64,000 nt of DNA from Octopus vulgaris (GCA_951406725.2 OX597818.1:96162001-96226000), one strand, 5' to 3'. Counted from the first letter of the stretch, positions 1 to 13,479 are shown. Notes: generated by a model from the letters alone, not told the origin. Translations and numbers: made by a program.

Positions 1-2099
1 AATTATTTACAAAGATTTGAGTCGCTATTTTCCTGTACTAAAAGTTCTTTTTATTGTAGTGCTAAAAGTTCTTTTTATCATAAGACGTGCGAGAGGGGTG
101 TTGAGCTGGCAGTATAGTTGGTGCGTCGGAAAAAATGCATTGCAGTTTTTATTCTCGCCGTGGTCAGCTGTGCCTTATCTTTTTGGCGAATTGATGAAAT
201 AAAGTACAAGTCACGTAATGAGGCACGAGGCCATCGACTTTCCTCAAAATTGTTGGCCTCTTGCTGAAATCAGAAACTATTATAAGACATATGACATACA
301 TCAGAGTGAAGTTGCAAGCTAGCCTAGTTGTTAACACTTATTTCAATTCTCGGTAGGTGCCTCGCAATTTCTCGGCATGTAGTTGACGCCTTCGAGATCT
401 CACAACGGTCTTTTTAATAAATTCGAGATCTTTTGTGTATCCTACAAATCAACGCTTCTCAATGTAGGCGGTGGTAAATTTTATATGATCACTGTGGACA
501 AAGCGGGGTAGCGGTAGGGAGATAGCCATATCTATTAATTGTCCTGATTTTTAAAAGTAGCTTTCAAATTTTTATTCTACTTATCCAAAGAAAGCGGCGA
601 GCTGGTGGGATCATTAGCACGCCCTGCAAAATACTTAGCAGCGTTTCGCCGAGGTCGACTCTGCTTTTCATCTTTTCGGGGTCAATAAAATAAGTGCCAG
701 CACCTAAAATTCTAGTAACCAATTTAGCCTTCAACCACTTGTGTATAAGGCGCCGATACTTAAACGTCACCACTTGCTTCAGTGTACACAGCAAAATCTA
801 ATTCTTCCACCTTTGTATTTTATTCGCAAAGAATCTAAATTGTATTTAAAATATGTACTAAAATTCCTAACATATAAACGAATTTTTGGTTGAAATATAT
901 ATTAGTTTGAAAAACTGTCTTTCATCTCCAGCCTGTTTGATGTTTTGACTTACAGAAGGACTTGTGTACGTTCACAATAGCTGGCAAAGTTTAAATTGTT
1001 GGCAAAAGGCGAAATAAAAATAAAAATATAGTAAAAATACAATAGAACTTTCAAAGCTCGGGCAAACTGAAAAGGTGCCAACTTCATTATACATACTCGT
1101 TTACTGGCAATGCGTAACAAAAGGTTATATTATTGTAATGTTCCCTTTTAAATCAAGGTTTACAAAGATACAAATACACATTTCAGAAAAATATATAGCG
1201 TATATTTCCAATTGCTATTAATAATCTGCAAGCAAGCTAATTTATTTTCAATGTCATATAGATCATATTCGGGTGATTTTCAGGTGAAAGATTTATACTA
1301 GACTGTTTATCATTAAGATAAGTTTGCAGACATGTTAAATTGATCGCAATCTGAATAAGTAAAACCGAAAGAATAAGTAAGACGAAGAGCCGGTCCAAGG
1401 TATCTGAGAAATTAAATTGACATGAGATGGCGCGGTGAGACTAGAACAGTTTGAACCGAAGAAATATGTACCAGCAAAGTACTAGGGTAAATTTGTAAAG
1501 AGCAGCCGTCACCAGCAAACGAGTATGGTTTGGTAATATGTACCCTGCTCTCGCTAATTGTCTTAGGTACCTGTGTAGTAGCCAGCTGGTATTGACTCCC
1601 TCTCGACTCTCATATCATTTAACCTAGCGGCACATTCAGGATATGACAGCCGCAGGGAGAAAGAAAGTAGGAAAGAAAGGAAAAAGAGAATGAGAATGAC
1701 GGGTGTCAGAACTGGGCTGGTATTCATTTTCTACTGAATAAATTGGAGCGATATGAAATGAAGAGACTTGCTGAAGGACACAACGCAACGCTCGGTCAAG
1801 AAACTGAATCCACAATATGATTGTGACCCGAACACCCTAGTTTTTAGGCCATATGCCTTCACATGAGAGTCAATCATGTGCTTGGTGTTATAATTACCCC
1901 CTTTAACCAAGGGAAAAAGAAAGGTCAAATTGAAAAGTTTGAAAGAAAAAGGAAAACAGAAAAGAAAGAAAGAAGCCAAGCTAGAAACAGCAATCTTGAC
2001 GATATTCTTGGTAAGAACTGAAACTGGAACTCGCAATAATTTCCTCGCAATGAAGAATAAGTTCAACGTGCATGAAGGTTGAAATTAGTTGCGTTTAGC

Positions 2100-2830
2100 T
2101 TCTTCATCTTACTTCCTTTGACTCTGTGTGGAGCACAGGGTGCCAAAAAGAGATCTCCATCTGTCTTGATATTTGGTAGTGGATTGAAGTTGACTTCAAG
2201 TGCAGCCACCTGCCGATGCTTCAGTTTCTGTGGACATTCTCTTTGTTTTTAGTCTGCCATGATTCTGTCTTTCTTGTGGTGTTCCTCAGAGGGCTTGCCT
2301 CGTATGTTGGAAACAGATTTCCGTCCCTTCGTTTTTCTCTATACTGCGTGATATATTCTCTTTAAGGCGCGTGGCTCAGTGGTTAGGGCGTCGAGCTTAC
2401 GTCGTGAGGTTGTGAGTTCGAATCCCCGACCGGGCTGCGTGTTGTGTTCTTGAGCAAGACACTTTATTTCATGTTGCTCCAGTTCACTCAGCTGTAGAAA
2501 TGAGTTGCGACCTCACTGGTGCCAAGCTGTATCGGCTGCTGCCTTTCCCTTGGATAACACTGGTGGCGTGGAGAGGGGAGGCCGGTATGCATGGGCGACT
2601 GCTGGCCTTCCATAAACCACTTTGCCCAGACTTGCGATTAGGAGGGTAACTTTCTAGGTGCAATCCCATGGTCAGTGTCGTGACCGAAGGGGGTCCCGAC
2701 TCTCTCTAAGGACTGTATATGTTCTCTCGGCGTTTGTGTAGCAATGTAGAAAATTTTTTGTGCAGAGTTGCTAACCCTATGCTTGTTAACCTCCTCCTTT
2801 ATCAACCAGGATAGGGACCGGCTATAGAGA
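2100..2830 (-). mobile_element. Decayed RTE-like non-LTR retroelement remnant, interrupted by a SINE
   Basis: Minus strand 2100-2330 reads like an RTE ORF C-terminus (..QDRWRSLLAPC..). 2760-2830 resembles an RTE-type 5' region (ccggtccc..ggttgataaaggaggagg..gggttagcaac). Recognised by eye. Confidence 0.45.
2366..2700 (+). mobile_element. tRNA-derived SINE, family B (Meta-domain-like centre)
   Basis: A box TGGCTCAGTGG, B box GAGTTCGAATCC, central gtgttcttgagcaagacactt..cactcagctgt. Near-TSD tctctttaagg/tctctctaagg. Second copy at 60207. Confidence 0.85.
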
Positions 2831-3599
2831 TATTAGGTTGAGGTAAAGCAGAGCATGTTGACTTACAACAATATGCCTTTAAGATAGTGGTGTATCTCAG
2901 TCGTTCAACGACGTGGATTCAATTGTTCGATCAAGTAAATAACCTGCCCCTGGCCGAGTATTCCACTGACATGTGTACCGTTAATGTAATTCTCAGGCAG
3001 AACCAGCGTCTACAATACAGTTTCCGTGTTGTCACTTTTATTATGAGATAAGAGTCAAACCGAAGCTGCGCAAAATGATGTTCACCCAAGATGTCATACA
3101 GTGAGATCTAACCAGTGAAGCAAACTTCTGAAACCATTTGGCCGAAATACATTTACAAACTGTTAACAACAAAGTTATAAATAGAAATATATGGAGATTG
3201 TCACTATTCATAAACCAAAGTGTACAACTAGAAAAGCATTTTCAGGATGCTATAAATGGACAAAGGTAAATTCTCAAGACGTAAATGAAAATATGTCCAG
3301 ATATAGACGTCAATGTATGTAACGGAGAAAGGGCAAAGCATTGGAAATAGCGCTATTACTAATGTATGTGGTTCCTAAGATAGACTGAAGACAAAAGCAT
3401 GTAGCAAACATAAAAACAATTTGCAAAATGAATATTGAAGTCAATTTTAAGGATATTTATTATCCTTCATTTCTTGGGTTTTCTCTTTCTGATAGAGCTG
3501 TAGGATACCGTCGTGACATACGGAGTGTTTCGGGTATTTTAAAAACCTGGTGCAACATATCCCGTTCCTGGTATGGACATCGCTGATTTGTTTCAGAGA

Positions 3600-4150
3600 G
3601 AAACAAAATCGTGAAAAAGAAAGGCAGCGAGAGACAGAGAGAAAGGGAAAAGAAGAAGAAAAAGGAAGAAGGAAAGGAGGAGGAAGAAGAAGAAAAGAAA
3701 GAAGAAAAGGAGGAAGAAGAAAGAAGAGAATGTAAAGAAGAAAGGAGGAACAAGACGATGAAAACAAGGAAGAAAAGGGAGAGGACGAGGAAAAAGAAAA
3801 GGACGAGAAGGAGAAAGAAAAAAGAAAAAGGAAAAAAAGAAATTGGGAGAAGAAATGAAGAAGACGAAGAAAAGGAAATGAAGGAAGCAGCGGAAGAAGA
3901 CGAAGAAGAAGAAGAAGAAGAAGAAGAAGAAGAAGAAGAAGAAGAAGAAGAAGAAGAAGAAGAAGAAGAAGAAGAAGAAGAAGAAGAAGAAGAAGAAGAA
4001 GAAGAAGAAGAAGAAGCGGAAGAAGAAGAAGAAGCGGAAGAAGAAGAAGCGGCAGCAGCAGAAGAAGAAGAAGAAGTAGAAGAACCGGAAGAAGAAGAAA
4101 AAGAAGAAGCGGAAGAAGTATTAGACGAAGAAGACGAACCAGAAGAAGAC
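3600..4150. repeat. Polypurine tract with long (GAA)n
   Basis: About 115 nt of pure GAA at ~3902-4015 inside a GA-rich low-complexity block. Confidence 0.95.
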
Positions 4151-4179
4151 GAACATACACACACACACACGCGGGCGCA

Positions 4180-4248
<69 letters not shown>

Positions 4249-4499
4249 GGGGCCGCTGAAAAGTTCTTGGCTTTGGGTAAAAGAAAATACAGCAAGATCA
4301 GTGTTAATTGTGATTTTATTCAACCTATTAGCTACTCAGATTCACACAGTTGTTGTAGTGATCCCTGAGATCTTTTTTATGCCCTGTAAAAGAACTCGGA
4401 AGGCTGGGCCGGCCTCCACCCAGGCGTTTTGCGACATTTGAAGGAATCAACTCGAGTACTTTTAGTCTAACTAAGCCTGAGAGAGTGGAAGACAAGCAG

Positions 4500-4523
4500 G
4501 CGCAAACACTCACTCACACACAG

Positions 4524-4554
<31 letters not shown>

Positions 4555-4675
4555 CATATGTATATATATATATACACATACACATATGTGTGTGTATATA
4601 TATACATAACTGCATATGTATATATACATGTACATATATGTATGCATCTGTATATATATATAGATATACATGTAC

Positions 4676-4753
<78 letters not shown>

Positions 4754-5205
4754 ATGTGTATATCTATGTATGTATATATATATATATTTACACACACACA
4801 GTCACAGGCACGCGCGCACGCACGCACACACGCACACAATTCTCATTCTTTTCCACTTCCACGTAAAAGGCAAAGTTCAAAGCGTGGAAGCAAAACGATC
4901 GATTATACTATTCCAATTTGATATCGTCGATAGAATCCAATCATTCATTGATAAGAGAATATTGATCAGATAATCGGCTTTAGCTGGCAAGCAAATACAA
5001 TTTCCGCCGTATTTCTGGATCATTACCGCAGGGTTGGCGTAGATAGATATGCGTATATTGCAGTGTGTGTAGAGGCGTCTGTGTGTAGATCCATAAGTAC
5101 ATACACGCACTGATGTGAATTCATAAGTACATTTCTGTATGTATGAGTGTACAATTTGTGTAAATGCACTTTATGCACACAGTCATGAATGACTGGTATA
5201 TATAA

Positions 5206-5269
<64 letters not shown>

Positions 5270-5281
5270 GTATGTATATGC

Positions 5282-5347
<66 letters not shown>

Positions 5348-5380
5348 GTGTGTGTAATATATGTATGTATATGCATATAT

Positions 5381-5431
<51 letters not shown>

Positions 5432-5440
5432 TATACATAC

Positions 5441-5476
<36 letters not shown>
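4500..5476. repeat. Compound (CA)/(TA)/(TATG) microsatellite region
   Basis: Direct inspection. Confidence 0.9.
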
Positions 5477-5478
<2 letters not shown>

Positions 5479-5491
5479 AGTACTACACTAT

Positions 5492-6420
5492 TACCCGTAC
5501 CACAAACCAAATGAATCCCTTAGATATATAGATATTAATTCCAACCACCCCAAAAATATATTAGATAACCTAGTAAAAAGTGTCTCAATTAGAATTTCTA
5601 GCCTGTCCGCCACGGAAGATATCTTTAAGGCCGCAGCCCCCTATTACAACGAGGCCCTGGCCCGAAGTGGCTTTAAAGATAAGATTACCTATACTAGTAT
5701 AGCCCCACGCCAACCCAGGAAAAATAGACGAAGACACATTAGCTGGTACAACCCCCCTTCAACCGTGAGGTCGCTACACCTGTAGCTAAAATCTTCTTCA
5801 CTCTCCTACAGAAACACTTCCCCACCCAACATAAGTACTACACTATCCTAAATAAGAACACTATTAGACTCTCCTACTCTACCACGCCCAATCTAGCCAG
5901 GAACCTAGCCAACAACAATGTGAAAAAACTTAACATATCTACTTTTTCCGAGGCCCATCCAACGTCCGATAGCAATTGCAACTGCCCTGATAAAACCACC
6001 TGCCCCCTCAACAACAACTGCCTACAGAGGGACCTAGTATACACATGCGAGGTAAGATCAGGCCCTGACGATAAAAGAAAATCCTACATCGGAATGACGT
6101 CAAACAGCTTTAAGATCCGTTGGTACGCACACACACACTCGTTCCGGCGACAGGATAAATCCAACCAAACTACCCTCGCCGCCCACATCTGGTACCTTAA
6201 AAGGAATTCCATCCCCTTCAAGACCAAGTGGAAACTACTACAGAAGGCGCGCTCGTACACAGGAGGCCATACCTGCTGTGACCTCTGCATATCGGAGAGC
6301 CTAGAGATCTTGTTCGCCAAAGGCCCTCTCCTTAACAAATTCTCAGAACACTCCCCAAATTGCATGCATAAGAAGTATGCGAACTACAAGAACTATAGAC
6401 CTACCCGGCAACCAGATTGA
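5492..6420 (+). mobile_element. 5'-truncated Penelope-like retroelement ORF: RT C-terminus plus GIY-YIG endonuclease (Naiad-like)
   Basis: Reads [36 protein letters not shown], then a 1-nt frameshift in the C-run at ~5755, then FNREV..KHFP..NKNTIRLSYS..CNCPDKTTCPLNNNC..LVY..SYIGMT..FKIRWYAH..CDLCISE..LLNK. Stop at 6420. Confidence 0.92.
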
Positions 6421-6648
6421 TGACACCCCACCCTCAAAACCCCCCCAATCCCACCGTTCCCCTAGCACCACCGATTACCTTTTCTCCTAAGACCTTTCAC
6501 ATATTGTATGTGCACGCTTGTATATGTGTATCGTATGTATGTATATATGTATAGAAATGTATGGGTATAGTAGGAATATACGCATGTATTATGTGTGTGT
6601 GCGTGTGTGTATGTATGTAAAAATATATATATATATATATGTATGTGC

Positions 6649-6679
<31 letters not shown>

Positions 6680-7048
6680 TATATGTATATATGTGTGTAT
6701 GCATATGTATGTGTATATGTATGTGTGTATGTATGTGTATGTATGTATAAAATATTATATAATTAGGGCTTAGTAAAATAAATTACTTTGCCACATACTG
6801 AACTTTCTAGAAAAAGCAGCCAAAAAAGTTTTTTAGCCTCTTCCACTACTTAGAGAATATTTTCTCTCAGACATTGTTTACTCAAAAAAATAATGGTCCT
6901 TTTACATACTGAATACTTGGTGAAATTGATTAATAACTAATTAACTTTACCCTCAATTGTTGATATATGTATGTGTGTATATATGTATGTGTATGTGTAT
7001 ATGTACATGTATGTATATGTGTATGTGTGTATATATATGTATATATAT

Positions 7049-8235
7049 ATATATGTTAATAAAATATATGCATATATATAAACATATATGTACGTACCTA
7101 CCTCTACATGTACATATACACGCATATATGTGTACAGGACACCAAAAGGACGTCGAACACATAGAGAGACGAAAAACATAGACACAAACCAAGGAACAAG
7201 ACAAGCAAAAAAAGGAGATACAGGACAATAAGCACAACGAAAAATCCCCTTCTTCAGTCGCTAAAGTTTCATCTACTAAACGTTTCGAAGGATAAAAGCG
7301 AGACGTATACTTCGAATGAAAAATTCCTTCCCGCGAAAAGCAAATCAATTAAAATTCTGAGATCTTGTCGCAGAGGGGTAAAAAAAGCAAGACGGTAACG
7401 ACAGTACAAACATATAAACAGTAAAAAATATATATATAAACAGTGGAAAAATAAATATATAACAGTGAGAGACAGGACAAGGAGAACAAGATAAGAAGGG
7501 CTGTTAACGCCAGACGAAAAAAGTATTGCAAACGCTGGATTATAGTGGACGACGAGAGAGGAAGATGTCGACCAGTGGCCTTAGAAGGCAGGCGAAAAAG
7601 GACGGGATAGCAGTTACGACGGAAGTACGTCGCAGATGGACGACGGGAATGGGGGAGGAGGAGCAAGAGGAAGAGAGAGAAGAAGGGGAATGGTGCGAGG
7701 AGACCATGAAGAACAGTGAGTGGGAGAGAGAGAGGAAGAGACAAGTTAAGTGAGGGAAAAAAGACGAAAAAGGGAATGGGAGAGAAAGAAAGAAAGATGC
7801 AGAGTCGCGTGAGAGTTAATATCAAGGCGAACTTGATAAACAGAACAATCTTACTTAATAGGGTGCGTGCGTTTAGTCGTATAATATGTTAATAAAATAT
7901 ATGCATATATATAAACATATATGTACGTACCTACCTCTACATGTACATATACACGCATATATGTGTACAGGACACCAAAAGGACGTCGAACACATAGAGA
8001 GACGAAAAACATAGACACAATCCAAGGAACAAGACAAGCAAAAAAAGGAGATACAGGACAATAAGCACAACGAAAAATCCCCTTCTTCAGTCGCTAAAGT
8101 TTCATCTACTAAACGTTTCGAAGGATAAAAGCGAGACGTATACTTCGAATGAAAAATTCCTTCCCGCGAAAAGCAAATCAATTAAAATTCTGAGATCTTG
8201 TCGCAGAGGGGTAAAAAAAGCAAGACGGTAACGAC
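7049..8235. repeat. ~355-bp near-identical direct repeats (7049-7404 and 7884-8235), period ~835
   Basis: Two nearly identical ORF translations (MICFSREGIF..) at 6953-7348 and 7873-8181. Diverged partial copy at ~45765-45900. Confidence 0.9.
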
Positions 8236-8246
8236 ATATATATGTA

Positions 8247-8287
<41 letters not shown>

Positions 8288-8522
8288 GTGTATGTGTGTT
8301 TATATGTGTATTATGTATATATTTATGTATATATATATGTATATGTATATGTATGTGTGTGTGTATATTTATGTGTGTGTATATATATGAGTGTACGTGA
8401 GTATGTCGATGTATATGCAGGTATGTAGAGTTATGTGTATGTGCATGTATGTGAGTGTAGATACAAATTGTAGATGTGTATATATATGTGTGTGTATATA
8501 TACATGTATATAGGTATATGTA

Positions 8523-8601
<79 letters not shown>

Positions 8602-8821
8602 GCGGGTATGTAGAGATTTAAGTATGTGCATGTGTATATATATGTGTGTATATATATGTATAGGTATGTGTATGTGTATGTATGTATATATATATATGTG
8701 TGTGTGTGTGTATGTGGGTATATGTATGTATATATGTATATATGTGTATATGTGTACGTGTGGGTATATATGTGCATGTATATGCATATATGTGTGTGTA
8801 TGTGTATGTGTGTATATGTGT

Positions 8822-8869
<48 letters not shown>

Positions 8870-9362
8870 GTGTAAATGCATATGTATGTGTATATATGTA
8901 TATATGTGTATGTGTGAATATGTGTATGTATGCAAATATGTATGTATGTATGTATGTATATGTGTATGTATACATGTGTGTAAATGTGTGTATTTATGTA
9001 TATGTAAGTGTGTGTGCGTGTATGAGTATGTATGTATGTTTGCACACATGTATAGGTGTGTGTATGTGTGTATATATATATATGTATATATATACATATA
9101 TATATATGTTTATGTATATGTATGTATGTGTATGTGTGTGTGTGTATATATGTGTGTATGCGTATATATGTATGTGTATATATATGTGTGTGTATGTGTA
9201 TGTGTATTTGTACATATACGTGTACGCTCGTGTGTTTATGTATATGTAGGTACGTAGAGTATTCTATGTGTGTATGTATTTGTACATGTGTGTATATATA
9301 TGTATATATATATGTGTGTATGTGTGTGTGTGTATATATATGTATGTGTGTATGTGTATATA

Positions 9363-9439
<77 letters not shown>

Positions 9440-9832
9440 AAGTCTATATGTATGTATCCGTCTATATAATAGGTAACTGCACGTACACATACTTAATATT
9501 TATTATTTATTATTTATTTTTTGAGTATGCATGTATGAATAACTGCGTGTATATATATTTTACTATTTACTTATTTTTTGAGTAAGCATGTAAGTATGAA
9601 TATAAGGAGGCGCGTGTGTGTGTGTGTATGTGTAAGCATAGATATATGTATACTTTTACGCATGTGTGTACTTATGTGTATATATGGATGCGCGCGTGTG
9701 TGTGTGTGTATGGGTACGCATGTACATGTGTATATGCGTGTATGTGTATATGAGTTTGTATGTATGTGTGTGCGTATATTTGTATATGTATGTATGTATG
9801 TGTATGTGTGTGTATGTATATGTATGTATATG

Positions 9833-9887
<55 letters not shown>

Positions 9888-10131
9888 GTATATATATATA
9901 TGTATGTGTGTATGTGTATGTATGTGTATGTATATGCGTATGTGTATGTATTTGTATGTGTATGCAGGCGCGTATATATATATATGTATGTATATGTATA
10001 CGTGTGGGTGTGTGTATGTGTATAAATGTATGTATGTATGGATGTATGGATGTATGTATGTATGTATACGTATGTATGTGTATGTGTGTATATGTATGTA
10101 TGTGTATGTGTGTATATATATGTATGTATGT

Positions 10132-10179
<48 letters not shown>

Positions 10180-10209
10180 GTATATATGTGAATATATGTG
10201 TGTGTATGT

Positions 10210-10243
<34 letters not shown>

Positions 10244-10644
10244 ATTTGTATGTAGGTGTTTGTGTATGTGTGTGTATTTATATTAATTGGTGTCTACACT
10301 AAGAGTGTAGACATGAATCTGTAGGTACGCGTACGTATGTGTATATACGTGAATGTATGTAGATGTATGTATGTATGAATATAACGCGTGCGTGCGTGTA
10401 TGTGTATGAGTGTACGAATGAGTGAGTGTACGTGCTAAAGAGTGTGCGTGAGTGAATGAGTGCTTGTTTTCAAGTAGACAGACAAATGGACTGGCTGTCA
10501 TAGCCAAGATGTTTGTGACCAGTCGTCAAAGATAACAAAAGTAATAAATGAAGATAATAAAATTAAAATTAGGGAATGGGTCTGTATTTGTATGTGTATA
10601 TATATATGTGTGTATGTGTAGGGATGCATAGGTACACATATGTA

Positions 10645-10680
<36 letters not shown>
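8236..10680. repeat. Long degenerate (TA)/(TG) microsatellite field
   Basis: Direct inspection. Confidence 0.9.
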
Positions 10681-10682
<2 letters not shown>

Positions 10683-11468
10683 ATTCATAATTAATCAATA
10701 TAGGGTGGCAAAAAAATTTTGTAGAATTCTTTTGCCACCAGCGGCCTAGTAGGAAAAAATTAAATAGTCATAGACCATTTTTAAGTTTAACATCAACAAT
10801 AAAGGAACGGCCATAATAGGCCATTCACCTACTAGAAATAACAGCCAAAGCTTCAACCGCAGGGTAAATGTTTTTTAAATTTTCTCCTGGTTTACAGAAT
10901 TAACTTTTATTTGCGGTTGAAGCTTTGGCTGTTATTTCTAGTAGGTGAATGGCCTATTATGGCCGTTCCTTTATTGTTGATGTTAAACTTAAAAATGGTC
11001 TATGACTATTTAATTTTTTCCTACTAGGCCGCTGGTGGCAAAAGAATTCTACAAAATTTTTTTGCCACCCTATATTGATTAATTATGAATTTTCTGGTTA
11101 ATTCCGTAATGGAATCGACGGCTTATATTTATTTGCTGCCGATAAATTTGGCGCGAGTGCGACGATTTGAAAATTTTAGGTCAGATATAAACTTGGCAAG
11201 GTCGGAAATGCCTCGTGAAAATATCTGTTCCGACTTGGGCTATTTCTTACTGAGGAATCTGAGGGCCTGTGGAAGATTGGCTTGATTTAATTTAATCAGG
11301 TTAGTTTACCATTAATCAGCAGATGAAACGGTATATCGTATAAGAAATTACAGGGTAAATGTTTTTTAAATTTTCTCCTGGTTTACAGAATTAACTTTTA
11401 TTTGCGGTTGAAGCTTTGGCTGTTATTTCTAGTAGGTGAATGGCCTATTATGGCCGTTCCTTTATTGT

Positions 11469-11472
<4 letters not shown>
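10683..11472 (+). mobile_element. Non-coding element with ~179-bp inverted repeat and ~122-bp direct repeat (Penelope pseudo-LTR-like)
   Basis: Arms 10683-10861 and 10912-11090. 10860-10982 recurs at 11351-11472. (TA)n on both sides. Confidence 0.75.
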
Positions 11473-11517
<45 letters not shown>

Positions 11518-12164
11518 ATGTGTATGTATGTGTGTGTATATATGTGTGTTTGTGTATATATGTGTATATAGGGACTAGTGTGCTGCGTGTGCATGTGTGT
11601 GTGTGGATATGTGTGTGTATGCGTGTATGTGTGTATGTGTGTGTATGTGTATATATATTTTTCTGTGTGTATATGTATGTGTGGTCGTGTGTGTATATAT
11701 ACATGCGTGTATACGTGTATGCATGTGAGTGTGTGTATGTATACATATATATGTGTATGTGTAGATATGTATATGTATGTGTAAGTGTATATATATGTAT
11801 ATATATGTTTGTGTGTGTATGTGTGTATGTATATGTATATATGTTTGTATGTGTGTGTATATATGTATACATATGTGCATAGGTATAAGTGAGAATCTCC
11901 TTATTTACCTAAAACCCTATCCCCTTTTTTATATATATATATATTTTTTTTATATATATATTTTTTTTTTATATATATTTTTTTTATATATATTTTTTAT
12001 CTTTTTATTTATTCTTCTATCTAATTTAATCTAATTTAAGACTGATCCCTTGACCACTCCCCCAAGTATGATATTTTGCGCTATGCCTACCCCCAAAAAG
12101 TCCCCCACCAACACCCCTTTAAACCTGCCTAAATGTATAAATGCCAATACAATTCTTGTTAACT

Positions 12165-12215
12165 AGCTTCCTGAAGATTTCTCTTGAATGAAACAGTTCT
12201 AGTCCTGTAGAAGCT
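12165..12215 (+). ncRNA. Type I hammerhead ribozyme motif (family H1)
   Basis: Stem I AGCUUC/GAAGCU, core CUGAAGA, stem II UUC/GAA, GAAA, stem III ACAG/CUGU, GUA triplet with predicted cut after 12209. Confidence 0.8.
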
Positions 12216-12342
12216 CCTTCTATATAATAAATTATTTTTACTCTGCTATGTATTGAGTACCTTATTTACTGTGGTTAACCCCGAATCAACCCGGGACCTA
12301 CATATATATATATATATATATATATGTATATGTATGTGTATA

Positions 12343-13455
12343 TACAAGGTCTGATCAATAGGTAACCGGATTTTTGCCATAGTAATGAAGCTAAAGCACG
12401 CAGAGTGAAGTCACTTGGCACAGATTTGACCTCGAACTCTGCTGTGCATGCGCACTAAGTTTTAACGTTCTAGCTCACTTCAGCTGTTTATTGCAGCGTT
12501 TGGAAGTAACATGTGTAACGTGTGATCGTCGCATTGACCATGACAAAGAAAGTTGTCATGGCGATACCTGCTCGGAGGCATACGTAAATTTGCAGAAAGT
12601 TTATGGAGAGGAGTGTATGAGCCGCATACAAGTGTACGAGTGGTTCAGACGTTTCTAAGATGGCCGAAAAATGTCGATATTGACGCTGCAAAATTCAGAA
12701 GTGGAGATTTCAGCCTAGAAGATGAAGATCTAACAGGACGTTCATTTGAGTTTGTTGAGAAGCTCCTGGAAGAAAATCCTGCATTATCAGTAGAAGAATT
12801 GGCAATAAAGCTTAGTTCAAACCATACAACTGTTCATCGTCATCTTTAACAACTTGGAAAGGTTCCTAAACTTGGTAAATGGATGCCTCATAAATTGTCC
12901 AAAAGCAACCGCAAATCTCGTGTTGACATCTGCACTTTTCTCCATTCTCGTGAACTCATTTCTCCCTTTCTGGATAGACTTGTAACTGGTGGCGAAAAAT
13001 GGATCTTCTATTGAAATGTTAAACGTCGTAAACAGTGGCTTGGTAAAAGGGAAAAAAGCTCAACCACAACCGAGAAAGGAACTTCATGGAAAAAAGGATC
13101 TTCTCTCTATCTGGTGGAATTGCAAAGGAGTAATTCACTTTGAATTGTTACCACCTAATGCAACAATCAATGCTCAAGTCTACTGTTAGCTATTAGAGCG
13201 TTTAAAACAAGCTTTGAAGAAAAAAAGACCCGCTTTAGTGAATCGAAAAGGAGTGATGTTTCATCAGGATAATGCTCGACCCCACACTGCAAAGATCACA
13301 TCATAGAAGATCGAAGAGCTTGGTTGGGAAAAACTTCCTCATCCACCTTATTCTCCCGACCTTGCTCCTTCAGACTACCATTTGTTTCGTAGTTTACAGA
13401 ACCATTTGGGGGACATAACTTTCGCGAGCCAGAGGAAATCGAAACTGATATTTCA
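12343..13455 (+). mobile_element. Decayed mariner transposon (transposase pseudogene)
   Basis: Fragments KFRSGDFSLED, WMPHKL (WVPHEL motif), VTGGEKW, IWWNCKGVIHFELL, HQDNARPH, HPPYSPDLAPSDYHLFRSL, with several stops and frameshifts. TIR-like start TA-caaggtctgatcaata. Confidence 0.93.
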
Positions 13456-13479
13456 GAATTCACAACTCACATATACAAT

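Noticed and set aside
2366-2435. tRNA gene-like A and B boxes (also 17554, 60207 and family A/C heads)
   Set aside because: They continue into SINE bodies with TSDs, and no proper cloverleaf or terminator is seen.
3447-4441. Long poly-E, poly-L and poly-S ORFs
   Set aside because: They are translations of (GAA)n and (CA)n, open on both strands, with no domain signal.
4244-4470. Possible mariner MITE
   Set aside because: Only one TIR-like end is recognisable.
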